A stretch of DNA of 64,000 bases from Candidatus Beckwithbacteria bacterium GW2011_GWC1_49_16. Lineage in GTDB: Bacteria > Patescibacteriota > Microgenomatia > UBA1400 > CG1-02-47-37. Both the position numbers and the translations under genes were made by a program. Below are positions 37,184 through 47,288 of this stretch, piece by piece (the first letter of the stretch is position 1; every line of letters begins with the position of its first letter). Under the pieces are notes generated by a model. It saw nothing but the letters and a program-made list of their open reading frames with translations, was not told where the DNA came from and did no database searches. The stretch covers positions 320,193 to 384,192 of the forward strand of contig CP011210.1 in assembly GCA_001029675.1 (NCBI GenBank), read 5' to 3'.

Positions 37184-38914
37184 ATGCCTGCCCAGGACAC
37201 TCAACTTCTAGACATACTTTTAAAGCTGAAGGCGATTGATGAAGCGGCGGCGGCTAAGGTTAAGAAAGAGGCTTTGAGCGCCAACTTGGCGGTTGAGGAG
37301 TTGCTTTTAAAGCATAACCTGGTGGATAAAGAGGCGTTGGCCCGCTCCAAAGCGGCGATGCTAAAAGTCCCTTACGTTGATGTAGCGGCTGCCAGCGCGT
37401 CGCCGGAGGCTTTGAACATTTTACCCGAAGCGGTGGCGACTAAGTATTTGGCCTTGCCGTTGTCGATAGACAAGGCGAACAACTTATTGAATTTGGCGAT
37501 GGCCAACCCGGCCGATCTTAACGCCTTGGAGTTTATCGAGAAAAAGACGGGCATGAAGGTAAAGCCACAACTGGCAGAAGCGGGCAGATTAAATCTTGAA
37601 ATTAAGGAACGCTATGCCCAAAGCTTATCAAGCGAGGTAACAGAAGCCCTAAAAGATAGCGGAGCCGCCAAGAAGAGTGACTTTAACAAAGTGACCGAAG
37701 AGGTCGGCGGAGTGATTCGGGAAGCGCCGATTGCCAAGATCGTGTCGACTATTTTAGAGTTTGCCATTAAGGCGAGAGCCTCGGACGTTCACATAGAACC
37801 TTTAGACAACAAAACCAGAGTCCGTTACCGGATCGACGGCATTTTGTACGAAAAGTTGGTGCTGCCCAAGAATGTCCACGATTCGGTGGTGAGTAGGATC
37901 AAGATTCTATGCCACATGAAGATCGACGAAAAAAGGCTGCCCCAGGACGGCCGGTTCAGTTTCCGGGCCGGCGAGGAAGAAGTTGATTTGCGGGTGTCGA
38001 GCCTGCCGTCGATCCATGGGGAGAAAATCGTCATGCGCCTGTTAAAAAAGGCCTTTAATGTGCCGGATTTGCCTGAGTTGGGTTTGCGGGGCAGGGCTTT
38101 GACTAACTTACAGCAATCAATCAGGGTGCCGCACGGAATTATTCTGGTGACCGGGCCGACGGGGTCGGGCAAGACGACGACGCTGTACTCGGTTTTGTCG
38201 AAGATCTCTACTCCGAAGGTAAACGTGATCACCCTGGAAGACCCGGTGGAGTATCAGATTGAAGGCATCAGCCAGGTTCAGGTCAACCCTCAAGCGGGGC
38301 TGACCTTTGCCTCGGGTTTGAGGAGCTTTTTGCGGCAAGACCCGGACATCATCATGGTGGGAGAAATTAGGGACAAGGAGACGGCGGAGTTGGCGGTACA
38401 AGCATCACTCACCGGCCACCTGGTGTTTTCGACGCTTCATACTAACTCTGCCTCCGGGGCTTTGCCGCGGCTGTTGGACATGGAAGCAGAGCCGTTTTTG
38501 CTGGCATCGACCATGACCTGTGTCGTGGGGCAAAGGGTGGTGAGAAAGATATGCCAACACTGCAAGACCAGCTACTCCCCTCCCCCGGAAATAATGGAGG
38601 ATATTAAAAAAGTGCTGGGGCCCTTGTATAATGGTTTTTTGACCAGCCAAAAAGCGACCGAACCCAAGCTTTATAAAGGGGAAAAGTGCGAGGAGTGTAA
38701 TGGAACAGGTTATTCCGGCAGGGTGGGTATTTTTGAGGTCTTGCCTATAAGCGAAAAAATCGGTAGGCTGATACTGGAACGATCGCCGGCAAGCCACGTC
38801 GAGGCAGCAGCGGTTGCTGAAGGAATGGTTTTAATGATGCAAGATGGTTATTTAAAAACCCTTGAGGGGACGACCACGCTCGAGGAAGTGTTGCGGGTGG
38901 CGGCGGAGGCTTGA
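37184..38914 (+). CDS. pilB: Type IV pilus assembly ATPase PilB (GspE family)
   Basis: N-terminal T2SSE_N domain, Walker A GPTGSGKTTT, Asp/His boxes, tetracysteine CQHCK...CEECNGTGYSGR. Confidence 0.9.
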   Translation: MPAQDTQLLDILLKLKAIDEAAAAKVKKEALSANLAVEELLLKHNLVDKEALARSKAAMLKVPYVDVAAASASPEALNILPEAVATKYLALPLSIDKANNLLNLAMANPADLNALEFIEKKTGMKVKPQLAEAGRLNLEIKERYAQSLSSEVTEALKDSGAAKKSDFNKVTEEVGGVIREAPIAKIVSTILEFAIKARASDVHIEPLDNKTRVRYRIDGILYEKLVLPKNVHDSVVSRIKILCHMKIDEKRLPQDGRFSFRAGEEEVDLRVSSLPSIHGEKIVMRLLKKAFNVPDLPELGLRGRALTNLQQSIRVPHGIILVTGPTGSGKTTTLYSVLSKISTPKVNVITLEDPVEYQIEGISQVQVNPQAGLTFASGLRSFLRQDPDIIMVGEIRDKETAELAVQASLTGHLVFSTLHTNSASGALPRLLDMEAEPFLLASTMTCVVGQRVVRKICQHCKTSYSPPPEIMEDIKKVLGPLYNGFLTSQKATEPKLYKGEKCEECNGTGYSGRVGIFEVLPISEKIGRLILERSPASHVEAAAVAEGMVLMMQDGYLKTLEGTTTLEEVLRVAAEA

Positions 38915-39975
38915 AATTTATGAATATTAAAGCTTGGCTCAATTTGGTGATTGCCAAGCAGGCTTCTGACCTGCATATTTTGGTGGGGGTACCGCCCCAT
39001 ATCAGGATCGACGGGAAGCTTGGCCCGGTTGAAGGCGAAGGAGTGGTCAATGAGGCTCAAGCTAAAGATTTAATTTTTCCCCTGTTAAACCCAGAGCAAA
39101 AAGACCAGCTTTTAGTCAATAAAGAAATTGACTTTTCTTTTGCTTTTGGCAATTTAGGGCGTTTCCGGGTAAACGCTTATTTTCAAAAAGGGGGCCTGTC
39201 GGCGGCGTTGCGATTGATTCCGGAGAGAATTAAAACCATCGAGGAATTAAACTTGCCCAAGATTTGCCATCAACTGGCGGAATTAAGGCAGGGTTTGGTA
39301 TTGGTGACCGGGCCGACGGGTCATGGCAAGAGCTCGACTCTGGCGGCGATTATTGAGGAGATCAACCAAAATCGGGCCGAACACGTGGTGACGATTGAGG
39401 ATCCGATTGAGTATGTTTATCAGGCGAAAAAGAGCATCATTTCCCAGCGGGAGATGCATCAGGATACTCACTCTTGGTCGGTGGCCTTAAGGTCGGTTTT
39501 AAGAGAAGACCCGGACGTGGTTTTAGTAGGAGAGATGCGGGATTACGAAACGATTGCGGCGGTTTTGACCGTAGCCGAGACGGGACACTTGGTTTTGGCG
39601 ACGCTACATACTAACAACGCCTCCCAGACGGTTGACCGGGTGGTGGATGTTTTTCCCGAACACCAGCAGGCTCAAATCAGAATGCAGCTATCTAATACCT
39701 TGGAGGCGGTGATCGCCCAGAGGCTGATCCCGGCCGTGGGCGGAGGAAGGGTGCCGGCGGTGGAAGTTTTGGTCGGGACGGCGGCGGTGAAAACTTCGAT
39801 TCGCGAAGGCAAATCGCACCTAATTAACAACGTAATTCAGACTTCGGCGGAGCTGGGAATGCAGACTCTGGAAAGAGATTTAGCCCGGTTGGTCAACAGC
39901 GGCACGGTGGAGCTTAACACTGCTCGGGGGTTTGCTTTGGCTCCCGACGAACTCAATCGGCTAGTCAAAGGCTAA
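38911..39975 (+). CDS. pilT: Twitching-motility/retraction ATPase PilT
   Basis: Walker A GPTGHGKSST, PilT-type length (354 aa) and AIRNLIRE-like C-terminal block (SIREGKSHLINNV). Confidence 0.9.
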   Translation: MKFMNIKAWLNLVIAKQASDLHILVGVPPHIRIDGKLGPVEGEGVVNEAQAKDLIFPLLNPEQKDQLLVNKEIDFSFAFGNLGRFRVNAYFQKGGLSAALRLIPERIKTIEELNLPKICHQLAELRQGLVLVTGPTGHGKSSTLAAIIEEINQNRAEHVVTIEDPIEYVYQAKKSIISQREMHQDTHSWSVALRSVLREDPDVVLVGEMRDYETIAAVLTVAETGHLVLATLHTNNASQTVDRVVDVFPEHQQAQIRMQLSNTLEAVIAQRLIPAVGGGRVPAVEVLVGTAAVKTSIREGKSHLINNVIQTSAELGMQTLERDLARLVNSGTVELNTARGFALAPDELNRLVKG

Positions 39976-39982
39976 ACCAGAA

Positions 39983-41188
39983 ATGGATAAATTTGATTAT
40001 CAAGCGACCACTAAAGAAGGAAAGAAGGTAAAAGGCCAGATTGAGGCGGTAAGTGAGACTCAGGCGGCGAGCATCTTAAGAAGTAAAAAGCTTTATATCG
40101 TCAAATTAACCCGTATAGAAGTGATGCCGGGCTGGATGAAGCTTTTTTCCGGTTTTGCCCGAGTCAAGCGCGAGGACGTGGTTCATTTTACCCGCCAACT
40201 GGCGACGATGATCAATGCTGGTTTGCCTTTGACGACGTCTTTGTCGATCCTCAAATTCCAGTCGAAACTGCCGGTGGCCAAGATGGTGGATGAGATCTTG
40301 ACCGACGTTGAAGGAGGCGGGTCGTTTTACAAGTCTTTGCAAAAATATGAGAAGGTGTTTAGTCCGGTTTACCTGTCTTTGATTGAGTCGGGTGAGGCGG
40401 CGGGGGTGCTGGAGAAGGTCTTGGAGCGCCTGGCAGTCAACTTGGAAAAGCAGGCCGAGTTTAGAAGCAAGACCAAAAACGCGCTCATCTACCCGGCGAT
40501 AATTACCATTGCCATGATCGTGGTGGCAGTGATCATGATGGTGTTTGTGATTCCGAAATTAACCACCCTTTATGAAGAGTTTGACGCCGAGCTGCCGTTT
40601 ATGACCCGGGCTTTGATCGGCATATCCAATTTTGTCGCCAAGACCTGGTATCTGATGGGGTTGTTGTTGGTGGCGGGGGGGTATAGTTTTTGGCGGTGGA
40701 AAAAAACACCCTCGGGCCGGGCGACGGTGGATAAGTATGTTTTAAAAATGCCGATTATGGGGAAACTTAAAACCCGCGTGATCCTGACCGAGCTGACCAG
40801 AACTTTGGCTTTATTGATTCAGTCGGGCATCCCGATTATCGAGGCTTTAAACATCGTAGCCGGGGCGGCGGACAACGTAGTTTTCTCCCGGTCGATAAAG
40901 CAGGGGGCCAAGGAGGTGGAGAAAGGGATACCTTTGGCGGCGGCTATCGGCCGCTACGAGCACTTTCCGCCGATCGTGTCGCAAATGATTGCCGTGGGCG
41001 AGGAGACGGGTAAGATGGACGATGTTTTGTACAACCTTTCCGGCTACTTTGAGTCCGAGGCCGAGCAGGAGATCAAAGGCTTGACAACGGCGATAGAGCC
41101 ACTTATGATGATTTTATTAGGCGTGGGGGTGGCCTTTTTGGTAATTGCCATCATCCTGCCCATTTATAATTTAACCGCTCAGTTTTAG
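39983..41188 (+). CDS. pilC: Type IV pilus platform protein PilC (GspF family)
   Basis: Duplicated T2SSF domains with 3 TM segments; 401 aa. Confidence 0.85.
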   Translation: MDKFDYQATTKEGKKVKGQIEAVSETQAASILRSKKLYIVKLTRIEVMPGWMKLFSGFARVKREDVVHFTRQLATMINAGLPLTTSLSILKFQSKLPVAKMVDEILTDVEGGGSFYKSLQKYEKVFSPVYLSLIESGEAAGVLEKVLERLAVNLEKQAEFRSKTKNALIYPAIITIAMIVVAVIMMVFVIPKLTTLYEEFDAELPFMTRALIGISNFVAKTWYLMGLLLVAGGYSFWRWKKTPSGRATVDKYVLKMPIMGKLKTRVILTELTRTLALLIQSGIPIIEALNIVAGAADNVVFSRSIKQGAKEVEKGIPLAAAIGRYEHFPPIVSQMIAVGEETGKMDDVLYNLSGYFESEAEQEIKGLTTAIEPLMMILLGVGVAFLVIAIILPIYNLTAQF

Positions 41189-41192
41189 GAGG

Positions 41193-41858
41193 GTGATGAA
41201 AAAAGGCTTTACCTTGATCGAACTTTTGGTAGTAATTACTTTGATTGGGATTTTGGCGGTAGCGGTGCTTTCTGCCTTAAATCCGATCGAGCAGATCAAC
41301 AAAGCCAGAGACGCCAGCAAAAGAGCCGATGCTTCCCAACTACTGGCGGCGATGGACCGCTACTTTGCTTCTAACGAAAAGTTTCCCTGGAATAACTTTA
41401 CCGGAACGAGCGAAGACTATACTACGAGCGTCGATTTGGCTTTTGCCGGTACGGCCGACCTTTTGGGGGTAGGCGTTTGCGGCGACGGGACGACCACCGA
41501 CGCCAATTCGTCCGGGGCTGGGGCAGGAGGCTGTGATAGCCTGTCCACTACTCCGGGATATCTCATTTCGAGTCAAGAATTAAAGTCTCAATTTGGCAAG
41601 CGCGACTATTTCGACGCCACTACGGTGGCGGCTGATCTTTTGTATGTTTATAAGGCGGTCAACGACCCGTCGGTATCGATTTGCTTTATCCCCTCCTCCA
41701 AGGCCACCAGAGACACCTGGGAGGCTGCCGACACGGCCTTGAAGGATTTGGCGGTGACGGGCGGGATTCCGACCCAGGTGGCGGTGTGTGATAGCGCTAC
41801 TGAACCAGATTGGTCTGATATCACCGACGCCTGTTTTGTGTGTATTCCCGAAGAGTAA
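41193..41858 (+). CDS. pilA: Type IV pilin (probable major pilin), prepilin N-terminus
   Basis: Class III signal: MMKKG-FTLIELLVVITLIGILA (cleavage after G, Glu at +5); Cys-containing C-terminal region. Confidence 0.75.
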   Translation: MMKKGFTLIELLVVITLIGILAVAVLSALNPIEQINKARDASKRADASQLLAAMDRYFASNEKFPWNNFTGTSEDYTTSVDLAFAGTADLLGVGVCGDGTTTDANSSGAGAGGCDSLSTTPGYLISSQELKSQFGKRDYFDATTVAADLLYVYKAVNDPSVSICFIPSSKATRDTWEAADTALKDLAVTGGIPTQVAVCDSATEPDWSDITDACFVCIPEE

Positions 41859-41871
41859 ACCTCGCTAGCCT

Positions 41872-42648
41872 ATGATTTATGGGTGGCTTTTTTTGTTGGG
41901 GCTTACTGTTGGCAGCTTTCTTAACGTCGTTATTTTCCGGCTCCGGTTTGGCGACTCGCCTTTTCGCGGCCGGTCTTATTGTGACCATTGTCATAAAAAA
42001 ATTCCCTGGTATGACAACATTCCCCTCCTCTCTTTTGTTCTTTTAGGCGGCAAGTGCCGGAATTGTCAAAAGAAAATCTCGGCCGCTTACCCGGCGATAG
42101 AGTTTTTGGTGGGGCTGGAGTTTGTTTGGGTTTATTGGCTACTGACTACCAACTTTAATTTTTTTGGCCAGGTGGAAGGATTTTATAGCTTGGGATTACT
42201 TGCCTACTGGTTGATACTTTTTTCCGGTCTTATCGCCATGGCGGTTTATGACTTAAAGTATATGATCATTCCGGACGAGATCTTGTGGCCGGTGACACTG
42301 GTCGCCTTTTTACGCTTGTTTTTTTCTCATCAGTGGCAGGTGGTGCCGGCGGGGCTGGTCAGCAGCGCTTTTTTGGGGGCTTTGTATCTTATTACCCGGG
42401 GCCGGGGCATGGGCCTAGGAGACGTCAAGCTGGCGTTTTTGATGGGGCTGGTTTTGGGCTGGCCTTTGGTAGCTTTGGCTTACTTTGTGGCTTTCTTGAC
42501 AGGGGCAGCGGCGGGTGTAATACTGATTATAACAGGCAAGAAAAAGCTTAAATCAAAAATTGCCTTTGGGCCGTTTTTGATTTTGGGCACGATTATCGCC
42601 AAGCTTTGGGGCCTGAATATCATTAAGTGGTACATCGGCTTTTTATGA
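41872..42648 (+). CDS. pilD: Prepilin peptidase (A24 family)
   Basis: N-terminal CxxC...CxxC zinc cluster (CDHCHKK...CRNCQKK), multi-TM body with catalytic Asp residues. Confidence 0.85.
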   Translation: MIYGWLFLLGLTVGSFLNVVIFRLRFGDSPFRGRSYCDHCHKKIPWYDNIPLLSFVLLGGKCRNCQKKISAAYPAIEFLVGLEFVWVYWLLTTNFNFFGQVEGFYSLGLLAYWLILFSGLIAMAVYDLKYMIIPDEILWPVTLVAFLRLFFSHQWQVVPAGLVSSAFLGALYLITRGRGMGLGDVKLAFLMGLVLGWPLVALAYFVAFLTGAAAGVILIITGKKKLKSKIAFGPFLILGTIIAKLWGLNIIKWYIGFL

Positions 42649-43085
42649 AAAAAGGCTTCACCTTGCTTGAGCTTTTGGTAACTATTTCGATCATCGGCAT
42701 TTTACTGGCAGTCGGGTCGGTGAGTTTCACCACGGCGCAAAAACGGGGCCGGGATTCAAGAAGAGAGGCGGACATGAAAGGGATTGGCCAGGCCCTGGAG
42801 CAGTGTTATGCGGTGGACAGCGAGTACCCGGCGGTTTCTTTTGGCAGTTCTCTTGATTGTGGAGGGGGGCAAACGACCATGGAGCTAGTGCCAGAGGATC
42901 CCCTCCCCTCGCAAAGCTACACTTATACTCCCGACGGGGCAACTATTTTAAGTTACTGCCTCTGTGCCGAGTTGGAAACTGTCGACAGCGGCAACGCTTA
43001 TAGCGACGGCTCCGCTGGCGGCGGGGATTGCAGTTTTTCCGGCTCGGGGACTAAAGATTACTTTTGTGTTAGTAACCAACAATGA
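42627..43085 (+). CDS. Prepilin-type N-terminal cleavage/methylation domain protein (pilin/pseudopilin)
   Basis: MKKG-FTLLELLVTISIIGIL class III signal; 152 aa. Confidence 0.7.
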   Translation: MVHRLFMKKGFTLLELLVTISIIGILLAVGSVSFTTAQKRGRDSRREADMKGIGQALEQCYAVDSEYPAVSFGSSLDCGGGQTTMELVPEDPLPSQSYTYTPDGATILSYCLCAELETVDSGNAYSDGSAGGGDCSFSGSGTKDYFCVSNQQ

Positions 43086-43513
43086 AGAAAAATAGTTTAC
43101 CCCGAGCTAGTCGAGGGGGCTTCACTTTTATCGAAATTTTGGTGGTAACGACGATCATCGCGGTGTTGATGGCGGTGGGGGCGGTCAACTTCAGGACCGC
43201 CAACCAGAAGGCCAGAGACGGCAAGCGCCAGGGAGACTTGGAGGAGGTGAGAGCCGCCTTGGAACTTTATCGCACCGAAGTCGGCTCTTACCCTTTAAGC
43301 TTAACCTTTGGCGGCAGTTTGAGCCAGGGGGGCACGACCTATATGGAAGAGGTGCCCAACGACCCGTTGGATGATTATACTTATTATTATTCTTCTGACG
43401 GGGCAAGCTATGGCCTGTGCGCCTCACTTGAACTTGACACTACGGGCACGTGTGCCGGCGCCAGTTGTGGAACGGGGATAACGTGTAATTACCAGGTAGA
43501 AAATCCCTTGTAG
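43082..43513 (+). CDS. Prepilin-type pilin/pseudopilin
   Basis: G-FTFIEILVVTTIIAVL class III signal; 143 aa. Confidence 0.7.
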   Translation: MKKNSLPRASRGGFTFIEILVVTTIIAVLMAVGAVNFRTANQKARDGKRQGDLEEVRAALELYRTEVGSYPLSLTFGGSLSQGGTTYMEEVPNDPLDDYTYYYSSDGASYGLCASLELDTTGTCAGASCGTGITCNYQVENPL

Positions 43514-43517
43514 CCTA

Positions 43518-43997
43518 ATGCCTGCCCAAAATAAATTTCTCGGTTTTACTTTGATAGAGCTTTTGGTGGCGGTGGCGATCGGGGCGATATTGACTTCAGT
43601 GTCTCTGGCCGCCTTTAGGGGTTACGGCGACAGAGAACAGTTGAGGCAGGCCGGGAGTACACTGGTGACCAACTTGCGCTCGGTCCAACAGAAGTCTTTG
43701 GCGGGAGAAAAGCCGGCCGCTTGTGACGCCGACGACAAGCTTGCCGGATACAAAGTCAGCTACGTTGACGAATCAAGCTATCAAATAGAGGCAGAGTGTT
43801 TGGTAGGGACGCCGGAGGCCAAGGCGATGACTCTTCCCGACCGAGTGACCTTTAGCGGCAGTTTCAGTCAGTTTTCTTTTCCGGTGTTAAAAAGCGGCGT
43901 ATCTGGGGCGCCGGTGACTATCAGTTTGACCGCTGGGGCTAATACCTATCAGGTGACGGTGGACACCAGCGGTTTGATTCGCGGAGAGATGCTGTGA
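43518..43997 (+). CDS. Prepilin-type minor pilin (GspH/FimT-like)
   Basis: G-FTLIELLVAVAIGAIL class III signal; 159 aa. Confidence 0.65.
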   Translation: MPAQNKFLGFTLIELLVAVAIGAILTSVSLAAFRGYGDREQLRQAGSTLVTNLRSVQQKSLAGEKPAACDADDKLAGYKVSYVDESSYQIEAECLVGTPEAKAMTLPDRVTFSGSFSQFSFPVLKSGVSGAPVTISLTAGANTYQVTVDTSGLIRGEML

Positions 43998-44440
43998 AAA
44001 AGACAAGTGCCGGACAATCGTTGGTGGAAGTGGTGGTGGCTATCGGGGTGATGAGTTTGTTACTCATGGCCTTACTCGCCTTGGTGAGTCTGTCGGTGAA
44101 AAACAGCCGGGTGGCAAGGGACAGGAGCAAGGCGGTGGCTTTAGCCCAGCAAGGGGTAGAGTTGATGAGGACCTATCGAGATTACAGCTACACTTTACTG
44201 GCCGCGGCGGCCGGAGAAACTTACGTACTTGCCGCCAACTGGGCGGTGGAGGATGGTTTGGTGACTGCCGGTTGCGACGAGACAAGTTTTATGGACGAAA
44301 CCGATTACTTTAGTCGTTGTGTTAGGGTAATTATGGTGGAACCAAGCCAGGTAGAGGTGGCGGTGACGGTTTATTGGCAGGAAGGTAATAAGCTTAACGC
44401 AACGGAGCAAACTACCAGGTTATCCTCGTGGCAGATATGA
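43994..44440 (+). CDS. Minor pilin, PilV-like
   Basis: G-QSLVEVVVAIGVMSLL prepilin-like N-terminus (Glu at +5); 148 aa. Confidence 0.55.
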   Translation: MKKTSAGQSLVEVVVAIGVMSLLLMALLALVSLSVKNSRVARDRSKAVALAQQGVELMRTYRDYSYTLLAAAAGETYVLAANWAVEDGLVTAGCDETSFMDETDYFSRCVRVIMVEPSQVEVAVTVYWQEGNKLNATEQTTRLSSWQI

Positions 44441-44925
44441 GGAGTAAAGGCTTCACTCTGATTGAAGTGTTGACGGTGTCGGGAATCATGGCCCTGTTTT
44501 CCTTGACGATAATCAGCGTTTTTTTGGCTTCGGTCAGGGGCGGGACTAAAGCAAGAGTGGTTCAGAGGGTGAGGCAAAACGGCGATTTTGCCCAGGAAAC
44601 GATGGCCCGGATGGTGCGGGCGGCAGAGACGGTTACTTGCGGGGCGGGCAGCTTGACTTTGGAAAACCCAGACGGGGGTGAAAGCGTTTTTTCGCAAGTT
44701 AGCGACGGCGGGGTAAACCGGGTGGCTTCAAACAGCAGCCAGTTTTTGACCGCTTCGACTATGGAGGCCTCGGGGCTGACGTTTGCTTGTTATCAAGGGG
44801 AGTTAGGCAACCAAGTGGTGACGATTAATTTTACTCTGGCGATTGGGACCGAGGCGGGAGCCCAGGTTCAAGAAAAAGCCAGCCAAACATTTACTACCTC
44901 GGTAGCCACTCGGCAGTACAAATGA
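44428..44925 (+). CDS. Minor pilin, PilW-like
   Basis: KG-FTLIEVLTVSGIMALF class III signal; 165 aa. Confidence 0.55.
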   Translation: MADMRSKGFTLIEVLTVSGIMALFSLTIISVFLASVRGGTKARVVQRVRQNGDFAQETMARMVRAAETVTCGAGSLTLENPDGGESVFSQVSDGGVNRVASNSSQFLTASTMEASGLTFACYQGELGNQVVTINFTLAIGTEAGAQVQEKASQTFTTSVATRQYK

Positions 44926-44937
44926 TAGAATAATTTT

Positions 44938-45726
44938 ATGAAGAACTCAGGTCAAGCCCTTCGGAACTCAGGCCAAGCCGTTTTGTTGGTGTTGGTGGTA
45001 GTGGCGGTGGCCTTGGCTTTCGGCTTGTCGATTATTTCCCAATCGAATACCGAACTGAAAATTTCCTTTCAGGATCAAGAAGCAGCCAGGGCTTTTAACG
45101 CGGCCGAAGCCGGAATAGAAGAAGCTTTAAAAAATATTGCCGTGGGTGACTATAGCTTAAACGTTGATGACCTGAATGTGAATTACTCGGTCGCTTCCCA
45201 GTCGACGCTTGAAGGGGTGTTTGCCGAAAACGAGTCGGCTCAAGTGTCGCTTTCCGGAGCCTCCGGAGGGCTGACTCAATTGACGGTGGAGTGGGTCGAC
45301 AGCGACAGTAGTTTAGAAAACCCCGGCAGTTGTCTAAACCAAAGCGGTGGGGCGCCGGCGAGCCTGGAGATTACTCTTACCGATTCTGCCAACCAGATCA
45401 GGCGTTTGGGCTATAACGCCTGCGATCTTAGCGCGGAAAACAATTTAACTAATGTGACTGATTCAGGGTCGGGAAATTACCTTCGGCAAGTAAGTTTTGC
45501 CGTCGACGGCGGGACAGATATTTTGGTGAGAATTAGGCCGCTTTACAACCAGACAAGCTTGCGCATTTTTGGTAATGTAGATTTGCCTACCCAGGCTTAT
45601 AAAATTGATTCTGAAGCGCAGGCGCCGACTCTGGAGGCCAGAGCAATTAAGGTGACTCGAACCGAGCCGGCCACACCAGCCATATTCGATTATGTCTTGT
45701 TCTCCGGTTCAAGTATTAGTAAATAA
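44938..45726 (+). CDS. PilX-like pilus tip/minor component
   Basis: N-terminal hydrophobic helix followed by PilX_N-like segment (AARAFNAAEAGIEEAL); 262 aa. Confidence 0.5.
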   Translation: MKNSGQALRNSGQAVLLVLVVVAVALAFGLSIISQSNTELKISFQDQEAARAFNAAEAGIEEALKNIAVGDYSLNVDDLNVNYSVASQSTLEGVFAENESAQVSLSGASGGLTQLTVEWVDSDSSLENPGSCLNQSGGAPASLEITLTDSANQIRRLGYNACDLSAENNLTNVTDSGSGNYLRQVSFAVDGGTDILVRIRPLYNQTSLRIFGNVDLPTQAYKIDSEAQAPTLEARAIKVTRTEPATPAIFDYVLFSGSSISK

Positions 45727-45738
45727 GAAGGCCTGCCC

Positions 45739-46734
45739 ATGCATAACTTTTTTGGTTTAGACTTGGGAACGTCGGAGGTCAGGGTGCTCCAGGCAGAAAA
45801 GGAGAAAACCGGCTTTAAAATCAAACATTTTGCCAGAACGGGGGTGTCTTCCGGGGTCGAGCCGGAGGCGATCAAGGCGGCGATGAAAGAGGCGAAGATA
45901 AAAGGCAGTGTCGAAGTCAACGTGGCTTTGCCGGAGAGTGATGTTTATGCCAGGATTATTACTACGCCCAAGCTGTCGACGACGGAGCTGTCCAGCTCGA
46001 TCCAATTTGAGGCGGAGCAGTATGTGCCGGTGCCTTTGGAAGAAGTAGAGCTTTACCACCAGATAATTTCGGGCGGCGATGAGCCAGATCAGACCAGCAT
46101 GGACGTACTTTTAATCGCGGTCACCAAAACCAGGTTAAAGCAATTGACCAGCCTGCTTGACGTTGCCGGTTTGATTCCCAGAAGCCTGGAGACGGAGCTT
46201 TTTTCCCTGCACCGGGTGGTGGGCAACCCAGGAAAAAGCCAATTGGTGGTGTCTTTTGGATACAAGACGACTGACATGATGGTTTTAAACAAAAGCCGGC
46301 CGGTGTTTTTACACTCTTTTTCCAGTGGCGGTTTGGCCCTGACCCGCGCCTTGGTGAATGAATTATCTTTGAGTGACGAGCAGGCGGAGCAATATAAAAG
46401 AACTTATGGTTTAAGAGAAGAGCTTTTGGAAGGCAAGGTAGCCAAAGCCTTGGTTCCTTTGATCGATGAGGTGGTGACCCAAATTAACAAAGCTTTGGTT
46501 TACGTCCAGCAGCAGGGTAAGTATAGTCAACCCGAGCAGGTGGTAATGGCCGGGGGTGGAGCCTTATTGCCTGGACTCACCGGTTATCTGGTAGAAAAGC
46601 TCAATCTTGAAGTAGTGGTGGCTGATCCGTTTATCGGTTTTGTCAAGGATGATGATTTTAGCAAGCTGGTTACCTCTGAAGCCAACCCGGACCTGGCGAC
46701 GGTGGTGGGTTTGGCCATCAAGGGTTTGGTATGA
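45739..46734 (+). CDS. pilM: Type IV pilus assembly protein PilM (actin-like ATPase)
   Basis: FGLDLGTSEVRV N-terminus and actin/FtsA-like fold length (331 aa); start of the pilMNO block. Confidence 0.8.
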   Translation: MHNFFGLDLGTSEVRVLQAEKEKTGFKIKHFARTGVSSGVEPEAIKAAMKEAKIKGSVEVNVALPESDVYARIITTPKLSTTELSSSIQFEAEQYVPVPLEEVELYHQIISGGDEPDQTSMDVLLIAVTKTRLKQLTSLLDVAGLIPRSLETELFSLHRVVGNPGKSQLVVSFGYKTTDMMVLNKSRPVFLHSFSSGGLALTRALVNELSLSDEQAEQYKRTYGLREELLEGKVAKALVPLIDEVVTQINKALVYVQQQGKYSQPEQVVMAGGGALLPGLTGYLVEKLNLEVVVADPFIGFVKDDDFSKLVTSEANPDLATVVGLAIKGLV

Positions 46735-47285
46735 GCGCGGAGATAAACCTATTTCCCCGGTTTATCGCCCGCGTTCGCCGGAGTCAGCGGTGGAAGTATT
46801 TTACTTGGGAAAGCTTAATATTTTTAGTGGCGGTTTTAGGAGGGACGATGATTGGTTTATCGAGCTACTCGATTTATCTAAATCGGCTCAACACCAAATT
46901 AGACCAGCAAGTTAAAAAGGTAACGTCCCAAATTGAGGATTTGCGGGAGATTGAGACCAAGCAGGTGTATCTTTTGGGAAAGCTAGAGTCGTTTGAGGGG
47001 TTGCTTTTAACCCACGAACGCCACCAGGCAATTACCGAAACGGTGTTTGCGATTTTACCTGACGGGACTTCGCTTAAAGGTTTTGAGGTGGATGAGGGCG
47101 GGGTGATTAACTTGAACGGGTCGGTGCCGGACTTTTTTGTCTTAAATCAACTTTTTGATCGAGTGAGACAGGGAAGGGATTACCGGTTGCCGATCGTGTC
47201 GGCGACGATAGCCCAAGTGAGTTTCGGAGAAGATGGTGAGGTTAATTTTAAGTTGGCGTTAAATTTAGGGGGTGGAGGAAAATAG
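46731..47285 (+). CDS. pilN: PilN-like fimbrial assembly protein
   Basis: Single TM helix after a short cytoplasmic N-terminus; coiled-coil periplasmic region; translationally coupled to pilM. Confidence 0.6.
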   Translation: MSAEINLFPRFIARVRRSQRWKYFTWESLIFLVAVLGGTMIGLSSYSIYLNRLNTKLDQQVKKVTSQIEDLREIETKQVYLLGKLESFEGLLLTHERHQAITETVFAILPDGTSLKGFEVDEGGVINLNGSVPDFFVLNQLFDRVRQGRDYRLPIVSATIAQVSFGEDGEVNFKLALNLGGGGK

Positions 47286-47288
47286 CCA